Below are positions 29,944 to 39,782 of a DNA stretch of 64,000 bases, piece after piece; position 1 is the stretch's first letter, and the number at the start of each line of letters is the position of its first letter. A model generated the notes under the pieces. It was not told the origin of the DNA. It made no database searches and was given only the letters and a program-made list of their open reading frames with translations. Source of the DNA: Candidatus Thorarchaeota archaeon (GTDB taxonomy: Archaea > Asgardarchaeota > Thorarchaeia > Thorarchaeales > Thorarchaeaceae); contig JAFGAR010000028.1 of assembly GCA_016933575.1 (NCBI GenBank), positions 231,672 through 295,671 on the forward strand, given 5' to 3'. The position numbers were made by a program, and so were the translations under genes.

Positions 29944-31371
29944 ATGTTAGACAATCTACATGAATGTGTCCGCATTGGAGAAGATCTTGGTGCTGATTTT
30001 GTCGAAGCTCGATTTGACGATCTCACATTGAGAACACTCCAACGGATCAATGATATCTGGCAAGATATCCAGTTCAAATCGCGTATGGGATTTGCAGTCA
30101 CAGCATATGTCGACGGAATATCTGGATTTTCGTTTACGCCAAGCTCTGACAAGAAGGATATCCGCTTAGCTGCAGAGAATGCATACAAAATGGCTAAAGC
30201 ATCCTCACGTGCTGCAAAGCTGAAGTTGCCTTTTGATGGCAGAGATCCTGTAAAGAGTAAGAAATCAGATACTCTATCAGTAAAAGTGCACCCAAAGGAT
30301 AGGGACTTAACACACAAAATCGATATTGTCAATAGAGAGATCGATGCTGCACGGGAATATGGAGAAAACATTCGAAACGTGAGAGGACTATGGGGAGAGC
30401 TCTATGGACCAAAGATGTTTGTGAATAGTGATGGCTCAGAAATTGACTGGGAATTTCTTGTTACAGATTTGCGGATCATGGTAACCTCAAAGACAGATTC
30501 TGGTGCAATGGTAATTGGTGCAGAATCTTATGGAGGTACTGTTGGACTAGAGGCCTATGAAACAGGAGAACATACACCAGAGGTTATGGGAGAGAAAGCT
30601 GGGAAGAATGCAAAAGAGCAGCTACAGGCAAAAGCATGCCCAGCAGGCAAATTCAAAGCCCTAGTTGAAGAGGAGCTTGTTGGTGTACTAGCACACGAAT
30701 CTTTTGGGCACTTGAGTGAAGCGGACTTCATTGTCACGGGATCATCGCCTCTTTCTGAACGATTGGGTCAAACTCTTGGGACTGAACATGCTTCTATCAT
30801 TGATGGTGGTATTCCAGATATTAAGAAATACGGAGGCCTCTGGCTTCCCTACGACGATCAGGGAACACCCTCAAATCAAACAACCGTACTTGATAGAGGT
30901 GTAGTACGTCATTTTCTACATAACCGAGGAACTGCAAAGAAACTCAATCAAGAACCAACCGGTAATGCAAGAGCTGTGAGTTTTGTGTTTCCGCCAATTC
31001 CACGAATGACAAACACCTACTTTCTCCCGGGAGAACTTACTGAAGACGAAGCTATTGAACAACTTGGAACAGGTGTTTTCGCGATTCAATCATCTGGTGG
31101 ACAGGTCGAAGGAGATGGTAGTTTTCTATTCAAAGCAATCAGAGGGTATTGGGTAGAGAACGGTGAGATAAAATATCCAATAAGAGAAGTCGCATTGTCT
31201 GGGAATATCATCGAGTTGCTATCACATGTAGAGGGAGCAACAAAAGAACTGAAACTCTCAGCTGGATACTTCGGTGGATGTGGAAAAGGAGAGCAATTCC
31301 CACTCCCAGTTGGAGACGGAGGACCAAAGCTTGTCATTGATAATGTCACATTTGGAGGAGAAGCGCAGTAA
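29944..31371 (+). CDS. tldD: TldD metalloprotease subunit
   Basis: HESFGHLSEAD metal motif, YDDQGT, TGNARA, PRMTNT, GCGKGEQ. Confidence 0.92.
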   Translation: MLDNLHECVRIGEDLGADFVEARFDDLTLRTLQRINDIWQDIQFKSRMGFAVTAYVDGISGFSFTPSSDKKDIRLAAENAYKMAKASSRAAKLKLPFDGRDPVKSKKSDTLSVKVHPKDRDLTHKIDIVNREIDAAREYGENIRNVRGLWGELYGPKMFVNSDGSEIDWEFLVTDLRIMVTSKTDSGAMVIGAESYGGTVGLEAYETGEHTPEVMGEKAGKNAKEQLQAKACPAGKFKALVEEELVGVLAHESFGHLSEADFIVTGSSPLSERLGQTLGTEHASIIDGGIPDIKKYGGLWLPYDDQGTPSNQTTVLDRGVVRHFLHNRGTAKKLNQEPTGNARAVSFVFPPIPRMTNTYFLPGELTEDEAIEQLGTGVFAIQSSGGQVEGDGSFLFKAIRGYWVENGEIKYPIREVALSGNIIELLSHVEGATKELKLSAGYFGGCGKGEQFPLPVGDGGPKLVIDNVTFGGEAQ

Positions 31372-31386
31372 AGGAGTTGATCATGA

Positions 31387-32781
31387 ATGAACTATGATGA
31401 AATAAAAGACGAATTACTTGCTGCGACAGATTCAGGTCTCAAATACGCAAAATCCCTTGACAGTAAGTCTGATTTTGAAATTTTTGTGTTCTTCCAGAAT
31501 AAAATTAGTGCGAATATCAATCAAGGAATTGTAACCGCAAAGGATGGAGCAGTGGCAGGTACAGCAGTACGTGCCAACAATGGAAAGCGAGTCGGATTTG
31601 CTGTAGCCAGTGGCGTAGGAGTAGACAGAGTAAAACTTGTAGCGAAAGAGGCACTGTCAATCATACAATCGGTAAAGGTTGAGGATGATAGATTCGAAAG
31701 TTTTGCTGAACCAAAATCTCCTGGAAAAGAAGGAGCGCGCTCTGATGATATTTTCGCGCTTGAAACTGGAGATCTCATCAAAAGCTGTGAATCTATGATT
31801 GATGAGGCACGTGCTGTTGATGAGAGGGTCAAGGTTGTATCAGCTGAAGTAGAAGCCGAATGGGGCGGCTATGCTGTAGGTAATACTCAAGGCATCTTGC
31901 AAGCAACAAGAAGCTGCGTGAACGACTGCCAAGTAAGTGTCTATGCAATCGAAGGAGAAGAACGTAGAGGAGCATCTGATTTTGATATTTCAAGGGATCG
32001 ACTCTATGACATTAAAGGATTGGGTGAGAATGCAGCTAAATATGCAGTTAGTCTGCTAGGGGCAAAGAAGCTGGACATTACAGCAAAGATGCCAACAATT
32101 TGGACTGAACTCCCGGCAGGCTTGTACATTCTATCTAGCTTAGCACAATCTGCAGTTGGTAGACCAGTGGTAGACGGCGTTTCACCTCTATGCGATAGAA
32201 TTGGAGATTCAATTGCACACAAGGACCTCACAATCATAGATGATGGACAGAGTCCAAAAAGCCCAGGAACGCAATCAATAGATGCCGAAGGTCTACCACA
32301 AAGAGTGAATCCAATCATCGAAAAAGGTGTATTGAAGAATTTCTTATTTGATAGCTACTTCGGCAAAGCATTTGGCCTGGAATCAACTGGAAATTGCGCT
32401 CGTGGCGGTGGTGCATTTGGAGGTTCAACTCCATATGAGAATAGACCTAGCGTTTCAACTAAATGGTTAGAGGTCAATGCTGGAAAGAAATCTGAAGAGA
32501 ATATCATTTCATCAATCGATGGTAAAGCAATCCTGATTAGAGACTTTCCACTTGGTATCTTCCATTCAAGTGTCGAGACTGGTGAATTCTCGTGTGTCGC
32601 TGGTTCTGCATATCTCGTAGAGAATGGTGAATTGAAGGGATCTGTTCAACCAGTTTCAATTGCAGGTAACTACTATGAGGGTTTCAAGAATCTCAGAGAG
32701 ATTGCAAGCAATCAGACAATGCTTCCTTGGGGAATCTCTGTGCCAACTCTGGTCTTCGATGGCTTCTCTGTGGTTGGGTAG
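31387..32781 (+). CDS. pmbA: PmbA/TldE subunit
   Basis: Paralogous to tldD but without HExxxH; DAEGLP, STGNC and TGEFS motifs; 15 bp downstream of tldD. Confidence 0.88.
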   Translation: MNYDEIKDELLAATDSGLKYAKSLDSKSDFEIFVFFQNKISANINQGIVTAKDGAVAGTAVRANNGKRVGFAVASGVGVDRVKLVAKEALSIIQSVKVEDDRFESFAEPKSPGKEGARSDDIFALETGDLIKSCESMIDEARAVDERVKVVSAEVEAEWGGYAVGNTQGILQATRSCVNDCQVSVYAIEGEERRGASDFDISRDRLYDIKGLGENAAKYAVSLLGAKKLDITAKMPTIWTELPAGLYILSSLAQSAVGRPVVDGVSPLCDRIGDSIAHKDLTIIDDGQSPKSPGTQSIDAEGLPQRVNPIIEKGVLKNFLFDSYFGKAFGLESTGNCARGGGAFGGSTPYENRPSVSTKWLEVNAGKKSEENIISSIDGKAILIRDFPLGIFHSSVETGEFSCVAGSAYLVENGELKGSVQPVSIAGNYYEGFKNLREIASNQTMLPWGISVPTLVFDGFSVVG

Positions 32782-32792
32782 TTCAAGACGAA

Positions 32793-32815
32793 TGGGGGCT
32801 CGTTTTGAGTCTCCA
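32793..32815 (+). terminator. Hairpin downstream of pmbA
   Basis: tgggggctc-gtttt-gagtctcca (9-bp stem with 2 G-U pairs) followed by attctcttta. Confidence 0.5.
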
Positions 32816-32894
32816 ATTCTCTTTATTGTCCATGAGTCAGAAGAATGGCGTTAAACAATTGCCTAATATTATGGAACTAATCGTACTCTTTGAT

Positions 32895-33980
32895 ATGATA
32901 AGGACAAAACCATTTGTTCTGGTATCGTTAGTTATCATGTTAGTAATTTTTTCATCAAGTCCAACTTTGGTTCCATGTGTTGAAGCACAGGAGATTGGAG
33001 ATATCAAGGTCTTGATGTTGATTGCAGATTACTTTGGTTGGAATTATTTTGATGCAAAAGAGCTGCTTGAGTCCTGGGGCGTCAATGTCACAACGATTGC
33101 TCACTCATTGGACTATGAGGTTCCATCATGCCTGAATAGAGAGCCCAGAGGCACAACAGCAGATCTATTGCTACAGGATGTAGATTTTGGAATTATTAAT
33201 GAGTTTGATGCACTCTTCATTCCAGCAGGAGGCCACTGGTCATCACTCATTGCAAGCAATCGAGCCCTAAATTTCACAGCATATGCATATAGTCAGGGAC
33301 TCATTGTTGCAGCTGTATGTATTGGCAATAGAATCATCTCAGATGCATTTGATATTGTTAATGGTTCAAGTGTCGTCAGTTATCTAATGAGTAACATTAA
33401 CATGAGAGCAGCAGGAGCAACAACAAGATCAGGCTACCGGGTTGTTGCAGATAATCGAATAATTACAGGTGGAACCGGTGGTGGCGTAAGTGATGGAGGA
33501 TATATAGAGGCTCCAACAAGTGAAGTATGCAAGGCTCTTGTCCGAGAGGCGATGGAATATTCACAGGTCCAAGATGCCAATCTAGTATCGAGTTCTACTG
33601 ATTCTGTAACCAATATTACAATTAGCGCAGAGGTTTCAGATCTCGATAGTATCTTAGGCGATCTAGCCTCTGTTGATACAAATATTTCCGAAGTCACCGC
33701 AATGATCTACACAAAACAAAACCGAACGCTTGTTGACTCAGTTCAATTGTTTGATAGCGAACAAGATGGTACCTTTACTGGTTCCTATGAAACCTCAATA
33801 AATGGAGAATATGTCATTGACATTGAGGTAGAAGACACAAACTCAACTCTTGAGATAGAACACGAAGCGCTTAGTTTCGTTGTTGGACCAGTATTTATCA
33901 TTGATCCAATTATCTTTGGAATTGTTGGTGCTGGTGCGTTGGTGGTTGTTGCTGTAGTAGTCGTAATCAAGAAAAGATAG
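32895..33980 (+). CDS. Secreted, membrane-anchored DJ-1/PfpI-family protein with an Ig-like domain
   Basis: Signal peptide, FDALFIPAGG, nucleophile AAVCIG, VVADNRIITG, C-terminal TM plus KKR. ATG 32895 preferred. Confidence 0.8.
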   Translation: MIRTKPFVLVSLVIMLVIFSSSPTLVPCVEAQEIGDIKVLMLIADYFGWNYFDAKELLESWGVNVTTIAHSLDYEVPSCLNREPRGTTADLLLQDVDFGIINEFDALFIPAGGHWSSLIASNRALNFTAYAYSQGLIVAAVCIGNRIISDAFDIVNGSSVVSYLMSNINMRAAGATTRSGYRVVADNRIITGGTGGGVSDGGYIEAPTSEVCKALVREAMEYSQVQDANLVSSSTDSVTNITISAEVSDLDSILGDLASVDTNISEVTAMIYTKQNRTLVDSVQLFDSEQDGTFTGSYETSINGEYVIDIEVEDTNSTLEIEHEALSFVVGPVFIIDPIIFGIVGAGALVVVAVVVVIKKR

Positions 33981-34011
33981 GAAATCGCGTTAAAATAATC
34001 AGTTTCATTAT

Positions 34012-34662
34012 CTAATAACCATATTTGCGGACATTGGTTTCAGCTAGTCTAAGACTGAGGAGTAAGAATTCAGGTCCACGAGAACGTAGAATTTGACCAA
34101 CCTCAATCAAAATACCAGGAGTCTGAGTCCGGATGTATTCAAAGAGATCTTCCTCGGACTTGCTTAATGCATGATGCATGTTCCTCATGTGCTCATAGAC
34201 CGCGCCTTTACTTATCCGACCGGTCTCTCGCAACATCCAGTTTTCTAGAGTAGCTTGTATTGCTTTTGCGACGCTCTCAGACATCGAGAGAAGATCCTTC
34301 GTCACTTTTGTGGGTTCCTTACTCTTCTCAATCCTTGGTTTGGCTCGCATACTACCTACTGCAAGACGAATCTCATCCAGAGGAACGTTTGGATAGATAG
34401 ATTTCCCAATGGTCTTATCAGCAAGAAGACGTTTGTATGCTTTGACACCATGAAGACGTATCGGCGAAATGAATCCTTTTGCTTCCATTTCACGGAGATG
34501 TGTCTGGAACTCATCACGAGGAACTAGAGATCGAATTGATGAGAGGTGAAGAAATCGTTCGTATAGGGTCTCTTCTACTTCGACCAATGACCATCCAAAT
34601 GAGCGTATAATGTCCAATTCAACCTCGTTTGGTGGTGTCTCGGGCATCCCTCTCTCTGACAC
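34012..34662 (-). CDS. Hypothetical protein, possible N-terminal winged helix
   Basis: 216-aa ORF with GTG start and GAGGT RBS; DEFQTHLREMEAKGFIS ... GVKAYKR resembles a wH. Confidence 0.65.
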   Translation of the reverse strand: MSERGMPETPPNEVELDIIRSFGWSLVEVEETLYERFLHLSSIRSLVPRDEFQTHLREMEAKGFISPIRLHGVKAYKRLLADKTIGKSIYPNVPLDEIRLAVGSMRAKPRIEKSKEPTKVTKDLLSMSESVAKAIQATLENWMLRETGRISKGAVYEHMRNMHHALSKSEEDLFEYIRTQTPGILIEVGQILRSRGPEFLLLSLRLAETNVRKYGY

Positions 34663-34818
34663 AATATTACCTCGAATAGACCTAATATTATTACGAATAG
34701 TATTCTAATAAAACTAATCAATTAGTACAATATTTTATGTTTTGATTTATTAAACATAAACACTTCATGAGTCTATTATCTTGAAATATGATGTACGAAC
34801 AATTTTGAAAGTAATTCT

Positions 34819-35583
34819 TCAAAGACCGGGAATTTTAACACGCATATAGAATCGATCTAAAAGCAAAGAGATTGTTGTGATTAGAATCAAGAATATGATT
34901 GCGACTAATGCATAAACCTGCAATGCAAGATATGTACGTGATACTACTAATTTTGCAGCCCCGAAGATATCAGGTACTCCAACAAAATACGCAATAGTTG
35001 TGTATTTCGGAAGATAGACGGCTTCATTTGACCAAGCGGGTATTGCTCGTCTAAGGCTTTGTGGGAGGGCAATGTGCCGAATCTCTTGCCGTTTTGTCAT
35101 TCCCATTGACATAGCTGCAAGTGTCTGTCCTGCTGGAAGTGATTCTAACGAACCACGGAAGAACTCTGCCTGATATGCCCCACTGTTCAATCCCAGAGTA
35201 ATTGCACAGAGAAGAATTGTGGTATTGAGAATTGTTCGTGGGACCCCAACAATATCTGGAAAGATGACTCGCCACGAAATATCAATTGGCGCAATCCCTT
35301 GAGACTCAAGCCAAGCATTCAGCACTGCGGGAAGGATTGAAACAGCAAGAATCTGTGCTAGTAGAGGGGTCCCTCTCATAAATTCAATAAAAGCAGTAGA
35401 GATTCTGGACGTGACTGGACCACCATAATGACGACCAATAGCTAGGAGAATTCCCAAACCCAGTCCAAAGAACAAAGCGAAGAAATACAGACCCATGGTC
35501 ATGAAGAATCCACTGACAAGATCAGGATAATACTGATCAATCTGAAGAATTCCAAAGTACCGATTTGGTGAGATAGTCGTCAA
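34819..35583 (-). CDS. Polar amino-acid ABC transporter permease
   Basis: RGTPLLAQ, SGAYQAEFFRG, GQTLAAMSMGM and LPQSLRRAIP motifs. Confidence 0.92.
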   Translation of the reverse strand: MTTISPNRYFGILQIDQYYPDLVSGFFMTMGLYFFALFFGLGLGILLAIGRHYGGPVTSRISTAFIEFMRGTPLLAQILAVSILPAVLNAWLESQGIAPIDISWRVIFPDIVGVPRTILNTTILLCAITLGLNSGAYQAEFFRGSLESLPAGQTLAAMSMGMTKRQEIRHIALPQSLRRAIPAWSNEAVYLPKYTTIAYFVGVPDIFGAAKLVVSRTYLALQVYALVAIIFLILITTISLLLDRFYMRVKIPGL

Positions 35584-35597
35584 TAGAATTCCTCCAG

Positions 35598-36368
35598 CTA
35601 TATTATTTCGTTTTGAAACTCCGCTTGTCCATACAGGACTTCTAACTTGTGGAGGAAATCTATTGCTCTCTTTGATTGAGGATTCTGGAAGAAGTGTTGT
35701 GGAGTTCCAGTTTCAACAATCACTCCGCCATCCATGAAAATCATCTCATCAGATACTGCACGGGCAAATCCCATTTCATGAGTTACAACAATCATTGTTG
35801 TTCCTTCTTTCGCAATGTCGAGCATAACTTGGAGAACCTCTCCTATCAATTCGGGGTCAAGCGCACTTGTAGGTTCATCAAAGAGGATAACATCGGGATT
35901 CATGGCTATAGACCTAGCAATTCCGATACGTTGTTGCTGACCTCCACTTAGCTCTGCAGGATAATGATGACTCCAATCAGCCATCCGAACCTTCTCCAGT
36001 GCTCTGTGCGCGACTTCATGCGCTTCTTCCTTTGTCATGCCAAGTACCAAACGAGGCCCAATACTAACATTGTCTATTGCTTTCAGATGTGTAAATAGAT
36101 TGAACTGCTGAAACACAAAACCGATTCGGGAACGCATTGTACTTAGATCACCTTTGGCTTTCGTCAGACTCTCTCCACGAAGAAAGACCTCACCTTTATC
36201 TGGAGGTGTTAGCATATTTATGACTCTAAGCAGAGTACTCTTTCCAGAACCACTTGGCCCGAAAACAACCTTTACTTCACCTTCACTGACATTAAAAGAT
36301 ATACCTTTCAATACTTCGAGTTTATCGTATGCTTTCCATACGTCACATACCTCAATGACATTCGTCAT
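35598..36368 (-). CDS. Polar amino-acid ABC transporter ATP-binding protein (GlnQ-like)
   Basis: [36 protein letters not shown]. Confidence 0.95.
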   Translation of the reverse strand: MTNVIEVCDVWKAYDKLEVLKGISFNVSEGEVKVVFGPSGSGKSTLLRVINMLTPPDKGEVFLRGESLTKAKGDLSTMRSRIGFVFQQFNLFTHLKAIDNVSIGPRLVLGMTKEEAHEVAHRALEKVRMADWSHHYPAELSGGQQQRIGIARSIAMNPDVILFDEPTSALDPELIGEVLQVMLDIAKEGTTMIVVTHEMGFARAVSDEMIFMDGGVIVETGTPQHFFQNPQSKRAIDFLHKLEVLYGQAEFQNEII

Positions 36369-37060
36369 TAACGACCACCTCCAAGTCCGAGCTGTCTAAG
36401 TTTCACACTCATACTCGCACCTACATATCTCGTGATAGGATATGTAAAAACAAAATAGATTATTGAGATTACTAGAATGATTCCAAGAAATAGTGCAGGA
36501 TAGGTGTTTGTAAAAGCCTGAGCTTGATATAGCATTTCTGTGACGCCTATTGCACTTACCAAGGACGAGTCTTTGATAACAACCGCATATTCATTTGTCC
36601 ACCCAGGTAGAGAGAGACGAAATGCTTGAGGGAGGATAATATGACGAGTTGCCTGGCTTTCGGTCATTCCCATTGAACGAGCAGCCATCATCTGTCCAGG
36701 GTCAACAGACATTATTGCTCCTCTGAATATCTCAGATTGATATGCAGCACTTCTTAGTGCAAGTGCAAATGCTCCTGCTGTAAATAGAGCATTGGAAACA
36801 GACCCGGCCCACATGAACCCGCTCAGCAATGCGGCTCCAAAAATGAAAAGTAGTACGAGTAATGGAATTGATCTAAATATTTTCTCATACCCGATAGCAA
36901 TCCATCGAAGTTCTACTACTCCGTATACTCTCATAAGCGCAAGTGCGGTTCCTACGACAAAACCAATTGCTAAAGAAATAAGGGTGAGAGCAAGAGTAGT
37001 TGAGAGACCTCTTACTGCAATCAAATATAGAATATCTAAGAGTCCCTCAACCTCTTGCAC
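36368..37060 (-). CDS. Polar amino-acid ABC transporter permease
   Basis: [35 protein letters not shown]. Confidence 0.92.
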   Translation of the reverse strand: MQEVEGLLDILYLIAVRGLSTTLALTLISLAIGFVVGTALALMRVYGVVELRWIAIGYEKIFRSIPLLVLLFIFGAALLSGFMWAGSVSNALFTAGAFALALRSAAYQSEIFRGAIMSVDPGQMMAARSMGMTESQATRHIILPQAFRLSLPGWTNEYAVVIKDSSLVSAIGVTEMLYQAQAFTNTYPALFLGIILVISIIYFVFTYPITRYVGASMSVKLRQLGLGGGR

Positions 37061-37066
37061 TCAGTA

Positions 37067-37861
37067 TCACCCAAACCATTTAGCTATGAGAGCATCTACA
37101 GTACCATCTTCAAAGCCTTCGGCAATGGCACTGTTTATTGCTGCAGAGAGCCTATCACTTCCATATCTAATGTAGAATGCTGTTGGTGGAGCAGTCACTG
37201 TAAAGATTATTTTGACGCTATAGACAGTACTATAGAGACCAACAATTGGCTCATCAACATAAATAGCATCAAGAGTACCAGCATCAAGTGCCTGAAACAT
37301 AGTTTCAACAACAGGATACCTGGTCAGTGTTGCTTCCATACCAGTAATGGCGGATAGTTCTTCATCTTCAACAGTACCAGTCTGAACTCCAACATCGTAC
37401 CCAACAAGGTCTTCTAACTCATCAATGACGAGAGTTGAATTGGCTTTGGTTACAATGACTTCATTCGTTCTAATATACCAGCACAGTGGTTGAAGAACTG
37501 CACAACGAGCAGAAGTGATGAATGTGGCTGAAGCAATCATATCGATTGTTCCTGCTTGACATGCACCAACTAAATTATCAAAGTCCATGTCAATCCATTG
37601 GACGGTTACGTTCAGATAATCAGCTACCATTTCTGCAAGATCAATATCAAACCCTTCAAGTTGATTAGAGGTTGTATTGAATATTTCAAATGGTGGCCAA
37701 TTTGTATTAGTTCCAACAATAATACTCCCACGCGCCTGAATCATGTCATAGTCATCACTAACGACTAATGCGGGTGTTAAATAACCAACGCCAAAACCGA
37801 TAACTACGCCGATGATCAAGAAGGCAATGAGTTTTATTGAACCGGAACTTCCTGATTCCAT
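37067..37861 (-). CDS. Amino-acid ABC transporter substrate-binding protein (family 3)
   Basis: N-terminal TM, WPPFE, GFDIDLA, GVQTGT, DGTVDALIAKWFG. Confidence 0.92.
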   Translation of the reverse strand: MESGSSGSIKLIAFLIIGVVIGFGVGYLTPALVVSDDYDMIQARGSIIVGTNTNWPPFEIFNTTSNQLEGFDIDLAEMVADYLNVTVQWIDMDFDNLVGACQAGTIDMIASATFITSARCAVLQPLCWYIRTNEVIVTKANSTLVIDELEDLVGYDVGVQTGTVEDEELSAITGMEATLTRYPVVETMFQALDAGTLDAIYVDEPIVGLYSTVYSVKIIFTVTAPPTAFYIRYGSDRLSAAINSAIAEGFEDGTVDALIAKWFG

Positions 37862-37977
37862 TTTGCTATATTCCTCCTTTCATGCGAATCCCTTGATTCA
37901 CTTGGGTAACAGTCTCAAATCTACCTGAAAAGGTTTGTGAATAACTTCATTTGAATTGAGTGTTTGTAATTACTAAA

Positions 37978-38766
37978 ATGGAAGAGTTTGCAGAACGACT
38001 AAAGGACTATTTTGCTCAAGACGATATTCCATCAATAAAATCATTGATTGAAAAAACCATTAATGAGTATGAATGGAAAAATCTAGTAAATGTCCTTAGG
38101 AATGTTACAAAATCTCTGTATGGACAGCATCTTCTAAAAACGAATTATATGATTCTATCGATTTTTGGCTTTCGAGAGCTGATAGGAGTAGACTGCGATA
38201 TATTCTCAGAACTTGCATCAATTCAACATCCAATTAGTCTTGACTATGTATCGGATGTATTTTTTGATAATCTAATTCAAGTCATAAGGACTCAATTCAA
38301 GTCAGGCGGTTCAACACTATTCTTCGATATTGATAAAATCAGTAAAACAAAATCGGCCATCATAGCTAATGATCTTCTTGAAGCAAGATACAGAGAGACC
38401 ATCTTCATTCTTGCAGAGTTTGATGAGAAACTCCCATCATTGACAAATGAGTGGGTCAATGTAGCTCGCCTGTGGCGTATAGGTTATGGACTTCGAATTC
38501 TAAAAGCACGCAATCATGGAATGATGATTCATGTTAATGAATACAAGGAGATTAGAAATCGTATAATGAATGAGCTTGGAATCAATCCGGAAAGACTCAT
38601 CGAAGAACGCGACCGATTGAAGATGGAGGATAATTTACAGTATCTTCAGCTGTCGGACACTCTCGATAATTTTGTCTTGAGCTACATCATGTCTTTGGGA
38701 GTTAGAGGAAGATTCGAACCTCATTACAAATCACTGATAAATCATGAAGGTCTCGATGAATTCTAA
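37978..38766 (+). CDS. Hypothetical helical protein
   Basis: About 262-aa open frame, divergent from the ABC operon; no recognised motif. Confidence 0.65.
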   Translation: MEEFAERLKDYFAQDDIPSIKSLIEKTINEYEWKNLVNVLRNVTKSLYGQHLLKTNYMILSIFGFRELIGVDCDIFSELASIQHPISLDYVSDVFFDNLIQVIRTQFKSGGSTLFFDIDKISKTKSAIIANDLLEARYRETIFILAEFDEKLPSLTNEWVNVARLWRIGYGLRILKARNHGMMIHVNEYKEIRNRIMNELGINPERLIEERDRLKMEDNLQYLQLSDTLDNFVLSYIMSLGVRGRFEPHYKSLINHEGLDEF

Positions 38767-38940
38767 GAATTCTGCTATCATTCTTGCTGATTTTAAAGAA
38801 AAGGTAATGACATATCGTTTAGTATAAGGACTATGGATTGCACTGAAATATCAAAGTTACACAGAACATTCTTCAATCTCAAGAGAGAGTTTATAGGTCT
38901 TCTAAAGTCACAGGTACGAAATTCAAAGGTTGGATTCGAG

Positions 38941-39129
38941 ATGTCAAGAATAGGAGCCAAGGATGTATTAACTGGAAAAATTCCAGAAGTCAATTATCTT
39001 ATCGTACACGACAAAGGTCTAGCAGATGACTTTGGCGTAGCAATCAATATTCTAACAAGTCAGGGATGGAGTATTGAGCATATCTGGGCTGCGGGATCAT
39101 TCCATTTTGGGTTGTTCAAACGAAAATGA
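38941..39129 (+). CDS. Small hypothetical protein
   Basis: MSRIGAKD ... INILTSQGWSIEHI ... FKRK, a pattern typical of small alpha/beta domains. ATG 38941 lies within the ORF 38833-39129. Confidence 0.55.
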   Translation: MSRIGAKDVLTGKIPEVNYLIVHDKGLADDFGVAINILTSQGWSIEHIWAAGSFHFGLFKRK

Positions 39130-39146
39130 TGGTAGAGCGTATCTAG

Positions 39147-39521
39147 GTGATAAAAGTGATAGATAGAAAACAGTTAGAGACCCGTGTCAAGATACTCAAA
39201 GAAACTAGAAAGATTCTGTACAAGCTATCAAAGCAATCAAGTCCCAGAGGATTGTCAACACCTGAGAAAGCAGAATTGAAGAGATATGATTCATGGCTGG
39301 GCATAGCCTGTAAGGAACTTGATAACTTAACAAGACATGGCGAGAAACTGCTTAAACTAAAAGATAGTTCTGGTGCTTCAGAGATGCAACAATCATTCAA
39401 TCTACAATATCTCCAGCTTCAGCAAAATATGCAGCAACAAAATCTTCAATTCACCGTGGTTTCAAATATAATGAAAGTCAAACATGATACTGCAAGGTCA
39501 GCAATCAACAATATCAGATAA
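39147..39521 (+). CDS. Small helical protein with a T3SS needle/EspA-like C-terminal signature
   Basis: C-terminus SFNLQYLQLQQNMQQQNLQFTVVSNIMKVKHDTARSAINNIR. Confidence 0.7.
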   Translation: MIKVIDRKQLETRVKILKETRKILYKLSKQSSPRGLSTPEKAELKRYDSWLGIACKELDNLTRHGEKLLKLKDSSGASEMQQSFNLQYLQLQQNMQQQNLQFTVVSNIMKVKHDTARSAINNIR

Positions 39522-39526
39522 GAAAG

Positions 39527-39602
39527 TGGAGCCGGCCTTGGGATTTGCACCCAAGTAGAACAGCTCTGCAGGCTGTCGCGTAAGCTTCTCCGCCAGACCG
39601 GC
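39527..39602 (-). tRNA. tRNA-Cys(GCA), 76 nt, CCA encoded, no intron
   Basis: GCCGGTCTGGCGGAGAAGCTTACGCGACAGCCTGCAGAGCTGTTCTACTTGGGTGCAAATCCCAAGGCCGGCTCCA. Acceptor stem GCCGGTC/GGCCGGC, anticodon arm ACAGC-CTGCAGA-GCTGT, T arm TTGGG/CCCAA, U73 discriminator. Confidence 0.93.
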
Positions 39603-39782
39603 TCGCTAAATTCTTGGGCGATGATTTTTGTTTTAAGGATGTCGGCAAAAGTGGCAATCATTTCGTGCTGAACCACTTCTCGCAGCTTAAGCCTTCGGAC
39701 TATTTTTAAGTTGCATGGAAGAATTGAAAATTTTAATATCGTCAGATTACAAACCGCAATGTTCACCATCAAATTGAACATT

